NCBI RefSeq assembly: GCF_006345805.1
Contig: NC_043012.1
Location: forward strand, 37,572,001 to 37,636,000
Length of the DNA: 64,000 bases
Direction of reading: 5' to 3'
From: Octopus sinensis
Taxonomy: Eukaryota
A model generated the notes under the pieces. It had not been told where the DNA came from and did no database searches. It saw only the letters and a program-made list of their open reading frames with translations. Below are positions 35,945-48,230 of the stretch, one piece after another (the stretch's first letter is position 1; each line of letters opens with the position of its first letter). A program made the translations under genes and the position numbers.

Positions 35945-36227
35945 TGTGATGTGTGACTACCATTGTACTATAGTTGCTGTTTTATGTTAACTAGTAGCCA
36001 CAATAGTTACTAGTCATCGGCTACCATTGTAGCTCTTCGTACCCGAATAGTAACACACTAACTTTTTCTGTCTTACTATCACTGATAGCTCCACAAGACG
36101 CCAACTAGAACTGTCGACTCTCAAATCTTCGACTCTCGATCCTCTCTTGATGACCAGCTATTGATCTATTTATAATGACTGTCTCCTACCACTTTTTACT
36201 GAGAGGGGTATACAGTTTCACTATACA
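35945..36227 (-). mobile_element. Probable solo LTR
   Basis: TGT...ACA termini, TATAAATA box on the minus strand, interrupts an RTE 3'UTR; no clean TSD seen. Confidence 0.45.
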
Positions 36228-38479
36228 ACAGCATGGGAAAACCAATGCGAAATAATGGTGAAGATTGGAAGCAAAGGACACACCTTGAATGCTAGTGACA
36301 TTCATTTACAACAAATATATGATGATATAACACACAAACACACACACAATGGGCTTTGTTCAGTTTCCATCAACCAAATGCATTCACAAAGCTTTGGTCA
36401 GCTCAAGGATATAGTAGAAGATGCTTGCCGAAAGTGCCTCATGGAGGAACTGAACTTGTGTCCATGTGGTCGAGAAGCAAAGTTCTTAACATACAGTCAC
36501 ACATGCACCTTTCATCACAGCCACACCAGGGCCTGTGATGAAAGGTGAAAATGAAACTCAGCAGAATTTGAACTCGGAATGTATAGGAGGCAAAGCTAGA
36601 TGATAGCAAACATATTGGCCAGCTCAGTGCTCTGGAAAGAATCAACACAAAAATTCTTCACATCCAAAAGACAATACTGCACATACTTCAATAAGACAGA
36701 AGTGGAGCTGGTAAGTACAGTAAAACATCTGCATGAAACTGTTGGAAAGCATAAAATGTAAATAAGAACAACAACATTTTCTTAATGATAATATTAATAA
36801 TACTAATGATAACAACAACATAATTAAACAGGTGTATCTGGTATTGCACACACATATATAGATAGATAATTCCAAAACAATATTTCATTTAGTAGATTTG
36901 GGTTTAAATTCTTGTCCTTTAATCATAAAGAAAAAGTATAGAACATTCTGTTTTGGTATTTTATTTCTAAGATTCTTGATGTGGACTCATGAGTTGAAAC
37001 AGATTTTGTTGTATCTTGGGAGGGTTACAATACCAATAAACACACACAGAACTTCTATTTCACTTCTTTATTAACCTTAACCCTAACCATTGTTTGGCTT
37101 GTCATCCAGTTAGTGGATCAATCAGTTGTGTTAGTCAAAGTCCTTTGATTACCATTCATGGCCTCTTCAATGAGACGCACTCTCTATTCCAGGTCAGCTT
37201 CAGATATGTCTGTCTTTTAGTTTTAGGATCAATGTTTATGTAGTTGTAAGGATGTGAATGGGAATGTATGTGAGAAGACAAACAAAATTAAAAGACAGAT
37301 AGACAGATTCAAAGCTGACTTGAGGTGGAGAAGGTATGTAATTGGAGAGGTTGCGGATGGTAAGGGCAGGACTTTGACAAACACAAATGGTTGGTTGACT
37401 GAATGATAACCCAAACATTCGATTCGTTAAATGGTTAAATAGTTAACCAACTGATCAATAATAGAGAAGTGAAAATGGACCGGTGCATGTGTCCGGCATT
37501 GGCATGATGACCGTCCCAAAGGAAATATTCTAGAACCTGGTAAAAAAATGAAAACAGGCAAATGAAACAAAAACATGAAGGTTCATCATGTACTAAATGC
37601 ATGCAAACTATTGGACAACATCAAGGAGACATTCAAGATGTGGTAGAAAAAGAGAGAGTGAGTGAGAGAGACAACCAGAGAGAGAGAGAGAGAAAGGGAG
37701 AGATAGGTTGATGATGGAGAAATATGGGAGACAGGCAGGCAGAAAGACATGGTGGTCAGTGAAGTAAGTGGTGGTGGGGGGGGAGCAGTGAAAATAAATA
37801 TAGAGTCAACTACAATCTCTGCAATTTAAATTCAATGGAGGGTGGTGGTGGTCATGCTTGGAGAAAGCATGCAAGCAGTGTGATGGATGAGCTGATGTAG
37901 ATATATGAAAAAACAAATACATTTATATTATTTTTTTAAGGATTGAAGGATGCAGTGAAAGATGAGAAAAACAGGGGAAAAATAAAAAAAAGAAAAAGAA
38001 AAGAAAAGGTAGGGAAAGGGTGGGAGATGAGCTTTTAAAGAAATTAATAATTTTGGTACCTAAAAGAAACATTTGCACTGTATGGAGTTGAGAGTCACAG
38101 GAATTGGTAGACTAATAATGGTGGCCTGTATGAGGAGGAATTATCAAAACCGGAAACTAGAATGGTGGGTTTCTTTGAAAACTAATGGTATCTAGAGAAA
38201 ATGGTTCATTCAATATTATACTAACATAAACCTTGAGGAAATTTTCACTGTTGTAATCTCAAAATTTTCACATCTTTCAGAACTTGAAACATTTTGATGC
38301 CTTCCCTGGTTCTGTATCATAAACTTCCTATTTTAAGGTGATCTAAATTAAAACCTATAAAATTTCAGGTTATGTCCTAAACATCAACTTAATAATAATG
38401 ACAAAATTAACAGTTATTTTAATAAATTCTTCATTAATATCAAAATGTTGAATGTTGGGTCACACAGAGGCAGTGACAA

Positions 38480-38730
38480 TAGATTGAGACCATTGGCAAT
38501 GCACCATGCTTGAAAATACCTGTCAAACCAAGTGAGATCATGGTCGTGGCCAATGCCAGTGTTGCAGAACTGGCACCTGAGCCAGTGGCACGTAAAATGC
38601 ATCCACTATACTCTTGGAGTGGTTGGTGTTAGAAAGGGCATCCAGCTGTAGAAACCATGCCAAATCAGAGTGGAACCAGGTGCAGCTCCCTCGCTTACCA
38701 GTTTTCAGTCAAACTGTACAACCCAAATAA
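38480..38730 (+). mobile_element. Degenerate RTE 3'UTR fragment
   Basis: gtggcacgtaaaatgcatccactatactcttggagtggttggtgttagaaagggcatccagctgtag. Confidence 0.65.
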
Positions 38731-40419
38731 GTGAACAAATAAAAACAAAAATAGCACTCAATGGCTGGAGGTGAATTTAATAACAAGCTGGCTTAACTTC
38801 ACATTACTTAGTCACATGCATGTACCTATGAAAGAAACTATATTAGATGTACAGGGACAGAGTGAAGAGAATTTTAAAATGGCTACCAGATAAGAATATC
38901 AGGTCTTCTTTCATCAGCTGAAGTCATCTGTATATTTTGGCAAAGCTGTAATAGGAAATTGATTTCATATCTGCTCCATGTGGTAGAGGAGACAGTCTTT
39001 TGGTGTCAGGTAGTCAGTAATATATAGAATCTGAGAGTTCATTAACATCACTTACTGTCATACCACGTGATAAGGTAAAGTTTGGTGGTGTCAGGTTTAT
39101 AACTCAGTTTGCATATCAAGGAGAGCTGAGTGATAGTAGTCCCCCAACAATAATACGCAGAAAGGATATGATTTCACTTTGGACAAACAGAGATTGTATG
39201 CCCAGCAATTGTGCAGAAGCCATCTAGGGCCAGGATGAGCTGTCCAGAAACAACCAATGATTTGAAGCTCATACACAGAATATACTTCTCGTAACAACAA
39301 AAGCTTTGCTGTCGATGGATATTGCAGGCTACTGCAATGTATACACTATATATGATGTTAGTTACATTTACAGAAAATGTGGGATTGAGTCCCATCAGTA
39401 GTTTTCAATTTTTCCTATCCTAAAGGGCTTTTTATCCAATATTCTACATGTTATTATTTATAGCTTAATTTACTTTTGAGATCCCAATCAAAAATTAATT
39501 ATTTCACATTCTCTTGAAGTTTCTAAATTTTTATAGTGTAAACAATATACAATTATCATTGGTAAGAACAAAGCTTCTAAAAATGGCAGGGAATTAATTT
39601 CAAAGGATTTGTTTGGTCTAATGGTAGAACATCTGTCTTGTTTACAGAAAATCTAAGTCTCAAGGACAGCCTCCAATTTTTTTTTTTTTTCCATCAGAAA
39701 ATGTTTTTAACCAAATATTTATATTTTAATATTTATAGCTTTACCTACTTCAAGTTTTGCAGTTAAAAATGAATTATTTCAATGTTCTTTTGATGTTTAT
39801 AAATTTTTATGACGTAAACAATATATGCATATATATATTTTTCGCCTGAAACAATTACAAAGTCAAAAACCTGAAGTTGTGACAGTTTCGAATGAATGAA
39901 TGAATAAACTCTAAACATATATTGAAGACTCGTTCTGTAGTTTGTCATCCAAACATGTATAAACACAAACACATACATATCTATTCTCAATGCATGTACA
40001 TCAGTATGTTTGTCATGTTATGTAAGAGAGAGAGAGTAGGAGACTATGTGTATAATTAATGGTCCTCGTTTAATGTGAGTCTTGGCTAGCCACCAAGCAA
40101 GTTCCAATCAGCCCCAACCTGCCACTTCATTTCCGAGCTGTTGTTATTCAATAGAGTCTAGGACATTGGCTCAGGAAATTGATGAGTGAGATTATGCAGA
40201 TGTACATCATAAATCACCGTAAAAGATAAGAGAGTGATCAATATATATTAATTACTATGAACTAATATCTCATTCTACTGCTGACTTAATGTCTATTTGA
40301 CATAACACTAACAAAAAGTACATTTGCACTATACAAACATACCAGTGAGAGTGCATATATGTGGTCACTCATCCTGGTAGATAGAGTAGCCAAAACTGCC
40401 CTCAAATTACAGCCTACTC

Positions 40420-40468
<49 letters not shown>

Positions 40469-40564
40469 AACATGTTTAACTCTGAAATATTGTGCCTAAA
40501 ACGAAAAGATGGGATGGTCACAATTGGACAACATTTGATTATAGGCCTGGTTCAATCAGTGTTA

Positions 40565-40800
40565 AACTTGGAGTTTAACTAATTAGCATTCAGATTATTC
40601 TTTCAAATGTAATGCTTAATTAATTATTCACATTGCTTTGGACTAATCATACATTATCTTGTAGCTTTGAAATTCTGATGACATGATTCTTCATTTTTAC
40701 AATGACATTTTAGGGTAAGTGTGAAAGGCCAGATCTGGCAGATTTGAACATAAAACAAAATATTTGGGACTGATATGGCTGGTTCAAATACTAAGCAGTT
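40565..40800. mobile_element. Decayed copy of the ttaaccctttagcatt MITE
   Basis: Homologous to 43883-44100. Confidence 0.55.
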
Positions 40801-40805
40801 TACTA

Positions 40806-40852
<47 letters not shown>

Positions 40853-41263
40853 AGTGTACTCAAGTTAGCAAAAGGTTCTCTATGTAATCATGCAAACTGT
40901 TACATAGTAGCTAACCTCCCCCACCCCACTTAAAATCATGTTTAAATATTATAACATTTTTAAAAAAAGAGAAAAAGATGTAGTCCTAGATCCACCACAG
41001 ACACACACACACACATGCAAATGTCCATGGCTGTGATGCCTTGTAACACAGCAATCTGTGACCCAGGGCTAAACAACAACAACAACAACCACATGTTCAC
41101 GTTGCATCAATCAATGAATAACAGGAAAAATCAAACGGAAGAACAGCTTTGGAGACCTCATAACAACATTCACCATTTTCCATAGCAGCGACAAGAAGAG
41201 ACAGATTATCAGAGTTTCTTTCTGTCTTCTTTCACTCATGTTTACAGGCACACACAATTTCTC

Positions 41264-41318
<55 letters not shown>

Positions 41319-41763
41319 ATCTATCTATACATATATATATAACATCCACTTTTTCATGCCTGCATGCATCACAGAGTTCATTGAGGTAGATTTTCTATGG
41401 CCAGATGCCCTTCCCAAGTAAGGTAATAATTCCTCATTGTCAAACATGCTTTCACAGGACATTGGAAATGTGTAACACTGCCTGTATAACAGTGACACTC
41501 ATTTACAGCTATTATGAAACGTAAAGACAACGAAACAAACACACACACACATATGTGACAGGTTTCTTTCAGTTTCTGTCTACCAAATTCACTTAGAAAG
41601 CTTTGGTCAGCTTCAGGCTATAGCAAAAGATATTTGACCAAGATGACACACAGTGGGACTGAAACCAGAACCATGTGGTTGGGAAGCAAACTTCTTATCA
41701 CACAGCTATACCTGGGTCTATATATAAGTATTTGTTTATATATATATATGTGTGTGTGTGTGC

Positions 41764-41796
<33 letters not shown>

Positions 41797-42011
41797 TAGT
41801 ATTAATAATAATGAGTATGGAGAGTTGTACATCCCCAAAAATTTATCTTACAGTTATATACTACATATCACAATGACCAACACGTGTTTCCACTGCACTG
41901 ACTACTAACTGTTGCTGATGCAGCCTTGCGATACTGACCATAGTTGTTAACAGGCATCTGGAATCCAACTGAGAGCTAACAGCATCTACCCAGATAATAT
42001 ATCCTTCCAAA

Positions 42012-42058
<47 letters not shown>

Positions 42059-42708
42059 AGTAATAATATTTCTTAGTATTCATCAATACTAAGCCTAAAA
42101 TGTTTTTTAGAGCTGCTCATTGTTGCAAAAATGTTATAAATTAGTAATATACTAATATTATTTTGTAATGGTTTGTTGAAAATAGTTAACTTCAGTTATA
42201 AATACATTTGAAAAAAATAGACATAAATACATACATAAATCAATCTATTAATAAAGAATTGAATATTAGAAAGAATTGATCGATTTGCTATGCAGAAAGC
42301 AGTTTCTCACATTCAGAATACGTGTGAGATCTTCCGGGGACACAGATACACAAACAGCTAAATGTTTCTCTCAATGTTTTACTTCCTACTGGAGATGTTA
42401 CATAATTTTTAACATCTAGAAATAGAATAATAACAATGACAACAATAAACAGTTTGCTTGACTTCCAAAAGAAGTGTACAGTTTTCTCTCAAGTCAAAAG
42501 ACAAGAAGGGCCAGAATAAGGTGCTTTTGTTGTATTTCAGAGGTATTTTTACAGCTCAGAGCTTGCTTCATGCTGGTTTGCTCTGGGCGATGTGTGAGAC
42601 GGTATGGCAGCATGCCTAGTAACTACAGGGAAGAAGAGTGATGGACTAGATAGAATGGACAACATGGAAACAGAGTTACAACATGTGGGATTGGAAGGAC
42701 AGTGCTTA

Positions 42709-42742
<34 letters not shown>

Positions 42743-42915
42743 GGGGAAATGAGGGAAGGAGACACAGATGACAACATCAAAAATAGAGGGACAAATTTAT
42801 AGAGCCTACCTGGCAATTAACTAACTTTGTTCCTGTGTGATTGAAGAAGGCCAGATGACCGGGCGAAGAAAGGGCTAAATAGCTGTCACTTGTGCACCCC
42901 GGAGGGAGAGATTAC

Positions 42916-43404
42916 CTGGTCATGTTTAGAATTATTCTGTTCTGTTCTGAGTGGATGGTAATGGCAATGGTAGCAATGATGTTGATGAGGGTGGTGGTGA
43001 TGATGATGATGGCGGTGGTGGTGGTGATGAAGTGGACTGAATGGGTGGTTGGAGTAGAAGTATGAAGAGTAATTGTTGTAGTAGGTGTAGTAGTTGTGGT
43101 GGTGGTGGTGGTGGTGGTAGTTGTAGTAGTGGTGGTGGTGGTGGAGAGGTTGGTGAACCTGCCTCCACCAATGGCAATAACAGCAGCGGTTGTGCTGGTG
43201 GTGTTGGTGGTGTTTCGGGCAACAGTGGGGTGAGAGTAAGGAGAGAGATAAGGAGGAAGAAGAAGAAAAAGAAGATGAGGGAGGAGGAAAAGGAGGAGTG
43301 GAGAGAGATAGAGGAGTCGAGAGAAGAGGGTGTGGTGTTGGTGTCCTTGTGTGTGATGCCAGGCCCCTCACGCATGCACACACTTCGCTGCTCTCCTGAC
43401 ACAT
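42916..43404 (-). CDS. Putative alternative upstream coding exon (His/Tyr/Ser/Pro-rich, 163 codons) of the NDR gene
   Basis: Strong acceptor (ttttctgctttatttgttatccttcttgcag, exon start 43437). An in-frame TAA precedes the ATG at 43404, and the frame is open to a phase-0 donor CAG|gtaatc at 42915. This is phase-compatible with the 14668 acceptor. Sequence is low-complexity with no recognisable domain. Confidence 0.4.
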
Positions 43405-43528
43405 AAGCAGGACTAGTGGACATTAGTATTCAGCCAGCTGCAAGAAGGATAACAAATAAAGCAGAAAATCAACAACAAGGTTGAGAGAAGAAAAAAAACA
43501 TTTTCTTGGTTTTTTTTTTCAGTATTAT

Positions 43529-44205
43529 ATAACCCTTTCGCTACCAAACCATCTGAAACTACTTTTCTATGTTCTATGTTACAAACTTTGCATTTTCGAG
43601 GGTTCTCAATTGAAACCTTCCGTTAAAGCTTCATGTTAGTTTATGTTCCAAAAATAACAGCTTAATAATCACAGTTATTTTTTTAAAATTATCAATTATT
43701 TTCGAAATAAATTGAAACAAAGGCATCGTATTTCAGCCAAAATATGGTAACAAAAGGGTTAAGCCTTTTGATACTAATCTGCTCAAGACTGCCCTTGGTT
43801 CGATGGTATTAATGTCCTGTTTTAAAGTGGTTTGAATTAAAACTTTCCAAAGAGACTGTGTTAATTTGCTTCAAACATTGGCTTAACCCTTTAGCATTCA
43901 AATTCTTCTGTCAAATCTAATGCTTATTTATTCACATTGTTTTGAATTAATCATGCATTATCTCATGAGCTTCAAGATTCCAATGATGTGATTGTTTTAA
44001 TTTTAGAATGACATTGTAGGGTAGATGGGGATCTGACCAGTTTGAAGATAAAGCAGAATATTTGGGCCAGATTTGGTCAATTTAAATGCTAAAGGGTCAA
44101 TAAAAACTAATAAAGAATTTTTTTTGCTAAATTTTTTGTTGATTTTTAAATAAATTGCAAGAACAACAATGTATTTCAACAAAAATATGGTAACAAAAGG
44201 GTTAA
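43529..44205. mobile_element. Cluster of three TTAA-flanked (piggyBac-like) MITEs, one nested
   Basis: TIRs aaccctttcg.tacc/ggtaacaaaagggttaa and ttaaccctttagcatt/aatgctaaagggtcaa. Confidence 0.75.
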
Positions 44206-44592
44206 TTACAACAACAGCAACAATAGCAATAAATAATCAAGTTTATGAAAATGTTTTACAAAATAATTTATAAATACAACTTCACCAAAAACAACTTCCT
44301 GCAACAGGACATTATTTGGTTGTTTTCAATTCTGGTGGAAAGTCCCATGAACCATTTAATTGTGAAGACTCCTGACCACCAATGACCACAGTCATCTTCC
44401 TCCAGGACAGTTTTTTATCAACCTTTCTTTTTGTTTCCCATACTCAACTTCAATTTTCCAAAAAATTTGTGCCCCACGATCAACAGAGAAAATGGATTTC
44501 TCCTGTCACAAACAATAGACAAGGGTTCTGTTAACTTGTCCCTGAACAACGTGTACAGATGATCTGCTTACAGTGAACAAACGTTTGTGGTG

Positions 44593-44816
44593 TATAAGGG
44601 GATGCTGAAAAGTTCCTGGCTTTAAAGGGGTCATGAAAGGCTTGGTTGGAGGTCAAACCTTCCAAGTTCTTTTACAGGGTTTATAAAAACTGAAGGACTG
44701 CTACAATAAGTGTGTGAATCTGAGAGGGGAATATGTTCAATAAAATCATAATTAACCGCTCCTCCTCTATTTTCTTTTACCCAAAGCCAGGAACTTTTAA
44801 GCTCCCACCCTTCATA
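44593..44816 (+). mobile_element. Mariner-derived MITE (second copy)
   Basis: gggatgctgaaaagttcctggcttt...aaagccaggaacttttaagctccc, TA-flanked. Confidence 0.8.
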
Positions 44817-46809
44817 CATTAGCTCACCCCACCATCAGAATGACACAGCCTGTATAGGTCCATGTTGTACCACATGTCAGATATCAATATGATCGAAGAA
44901 CAACATGAGATGAAGTGAACTTCCTCTAGGACAGTTTTTCTCAACCTGTCCTAGAACATAACACTGAAACCTTGATCTTGTGATCATAAGAGCAATATCC
45001 TAGTCACAAGGCCATGCACTAGTAACTAGTACAAAGCATATATTCAAATGAAGTTATAATTAAAACTCTATTGCCAAGTTCTTATTGTTATTTACACCCC
45101 CATCTGGAGCAACCCTACCCTACCAAAATATTGACATGCTTCACTTTGAGAAATATTGCTCCAGTGTATTTATTTAGAGCAAGCCTTACCTCTGCACATC
45201 ATTTATATTCACAGGAAAAGTTGAATTCAGCACAGCTAAATATCCTACAAACCACACCCTTAATTTGATTTAATGTTAGTCTATTCAAGGCTCAAAACTT
45301 TTCATACACCCGTCATAAGATGAGGGCTTTGCAATTTCTGGCTAAACAACCTGCACGGATAATTTGTTTATAGTGATACAGTAATCAAATGCTTGTGTGG
45401 CACATAAGCTCCCTCCCTCCATCAAATCAACATTGTCTGTACTGCTGCATGGTGTGCTACATGTCAGATGTTGAAGTGATTGTATAGCTACATGAAATGA
45501 AGTGTTTCACTCAAGAACACATTGCACCTCTCAGTCCAGGAATCAGGACCACAACCATGCAATTTTGAGTGCAACACCTAAACCACTAGGCCATGACTTC
45601 CACAAACCCACACCCTAACAGTTTGGAAAATGACAAATAGGATAGTGTTGACATGGGTATATTGTTTGAAAATAAGATGGGAGGGCCATGGTCAGAACAT
45701 GGCCCTTCCATCTTTGATCATAATTCCGTTTAATAGAGCATATCTACCACTACACAACAACATTCATATAGTTGTTACATTTCAGTGCTGCTGCTTGCAA
45801 TGGAGAGCTGTTCCAACCTTCATGATCCAATTTACAACTAGACAGACTGCTGGAACATTGGACAATGGTCTTGTCTTTCAAGGACAGTTCACTCTAACAC
45901 CTCATCAGGACCCTGGAATCATCAAGGAAACGACCATGCTTGAAATGCAGGAAAGGAGTAGGTATAAACTCTACATGTGGTACCCTATGTATGCTACAGA
46001 TACACAAGACATGTAGTGGAACCACAGACAGGCTAACAAAGTAAGTTTTGTATGTAGTACCTGCACTGGAACAGTATGTAGAATGGGGATATAAGAAACA
46101 GAAACCCTTAAACTGGCACACAGGAAAGATACCCTTAAACTGGCACACTGTCTGTTATGAAGACAAGTGTTCCAGTTTTATCCAATCAATGGATCTAATC
46201 AATTGAGCCAATCATGAATTTAATGTGCACATGGCTGGACACTCAATAGACAGATGTACCCTTAATGTAGTTCTCAGGGATATTCAGTGTGACACACAGA
46301 CTGTGACAAGGCTGGCCCCTTTGAATTACAGGTACAATTTATTTTTGCCAGCCGAGTGGACTGGAGCAATGTGAAATAAAGAGCCTTGCTCGAGGACACA
46401 ATGCATCACCCAGGTGGGGGGACAAACACACACACAAATATATACATGTATGTGTGTATATTGGACCGCTGAAATCTACAAGTTTTTTTGTCCATACACC
46501 TGTTAATATGCACAATGGCTTCTTTCAGTATACAGACACACACACACACACAAGCACAATGAACTTTTATTTTCTGTTTACCAAACCCACTCACAAGGCT
46601 TTTGTTGGTCCAAGGTTATAGTAGAAGACAACTGCCCAAGGTTCCACATGGTGGAATTGTACCCAGAACCATGTGCTTGGAAAGCAACTTTTTACCACAC
46701 AGCCACACCTGCACCTCTGCATGTATATAAAACACATCTCCCAAAATACTACTCGCCACCTCAATCAAGGCTTCTTGTCCTGCAAGTTACTTGGTGGCCC
46801 TCATTGGTG

Positions 46810-46995
46810 GTGGGGCCACATAAAAAGCACCCAATACACACTGTAAAGTGGTTGGCATTAAGAGAGGTATCCGGTCACAGAAACCATACAAAAGCAGACA
46901 GTGGATCCTAGGCACAGTCCTCTGGCTCATCAGATACTGTTGAACCATCCACCTCATACCAGCATGGAAATATGCATGTTAAATGATGACGATGA
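46810..46995 (+). mobile_element. Degenerate RTE 3'UTR fragment, tail-to-tail with the 47002 copy
   Basis: cataaaaagcaccc...gttaaatgatgacgatgacgat. Confidence 0.65.
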
Positions 46996-47001
46996 CGATA
47001 G

Positions 47002-47830
47002 TATCATCATCATCATTATTTAACATCCATTTTCCATGCTGACATGGGTTGGACAGTTTGAATGGGTACTGGCAAGCCAGTAGCCTGCACCAGGCCCCAA
47101 TCTGATCTGATAAGGTTTCTACAGCTGGATGTCCTTCCTAACACCAACCACTCTGAGAGTGTAGTGGGTGCTTTTTACGTGCCACCAGCACAGGAGCCAG
47201 TCAGGCGACACTGACATCGACCATGTTTGGATGGTGCTTTTTACATGCCACCAGCATGGGGAGCTAGTCAGGCGGCACTGGCATGAACCCATATTTAAAC
47301 GGTGCTTTTTACATGCCACTGGCATCGACCACAACTACAATTTCCATTTTGATTTCGATCTTGATTTGCTATTGATTTAAAATTTTACTTGATTCAACAG
47401 GTCTTCTCAAGCGCAGCATATCACCCGATGATTCAAGGGTACTTTTAAAATGGGCTGGTTATGCGACACTGGTATAGGTTATGGCTTTGATCTCACTTTA
47501 CTTGCTGGTTCTCCTCAATCACAGCATATCTCCAAAGGTGTCGGTCTCCCAATTGCCTCTATGAGGCCCAACGTTTGATGTTCATACTTCACCACCTCAT
47601 TCCATGTCTTCCTGGATCTCTCTCTTCTACAGGTTCCTTCCACTGTTAGGGTGTGACACATCTTCACATAGCTCTCCTCATTCATACACAGCATGCGACC
47701 ATACCAGTGCAGTTATCTCTCTTCAACACCACATATGATACATCTTATGTCCAGCATTTCTTTCAGGGTGCTCACACTCAGTAGGGTGTGCACACACACA
47801 TTACACATCCAGCAGATCACACTAGCTTAA
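47002..47830 (-). mobile_element. Older degenerate RTE 3' fragment
   Basis: (CAT)n tail at about 47002, 3'UTR units, and decayed RT C-terminus (rc of cacttacacatcc / gaccatacc / cttcaccacctc). Confidence 0.75.
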
Positions 47831-47874
47831 TTTCTTTCGAGCCTATGTGTGTCCTCAACAGAAATGGGCTGCAA

Positions 47875-48230
47875 AGCACAGGAGTGGCTGTGTGGTAAGT
47901 AGATACTTCCCAACCACATAGTTCCAGGTTCAGTCCCACTGCATGGCACTTTGGGCAAGTGTCTTCTACAGCCTCAGGCTGACTAAAGCCTTGTGAGTGG
48001 AATTGGTAGATGGAAACTGAAAGAAGCCCATTGTGTGTGTGTGTGTTGCCCCAACATTGCTTGACAACCAATGCTGGTGCATTCACATCTCTGTAACTTA
48101 GTGGTTTAGCAACCAGTAGAATAAGTACTAGGCTTACAAAGAATAAGTACCGGGGTCAATTTGCTTGACTAAAGGCAGTGCTCCTGCATGGCCTCAGTCA
48201 AATGACTGTAACAAATAAAAGAGTAAAAGA
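47875..48230 (+). mobile_element. SINE family A
   Basis: Complete copy. Further partial copies at about 9985-10128, 21725-21885, 36335-36520, 41545-41712, 46515-46716 and 61455-61540. Confidence 0.85.

Noticed and set aside
36640-36716. Plus-strand GTAAGT donor
   Set aside because: There is no acceptor or recognisable coding sequence upstream, and it abuts a SINE remnant.
37072-37090. ttaaccttaaccctaacc telomere-like motif
   Set aside because: Only about three imperfect units; expected by chance in AT-rich DNA.
39056-39331. Minus-strand segment with a GTAAGT donor and a weak acceptor
   Set aside because: There are stops in all three frames (TAG at once in phase 0) and no polypyrimidine tract.
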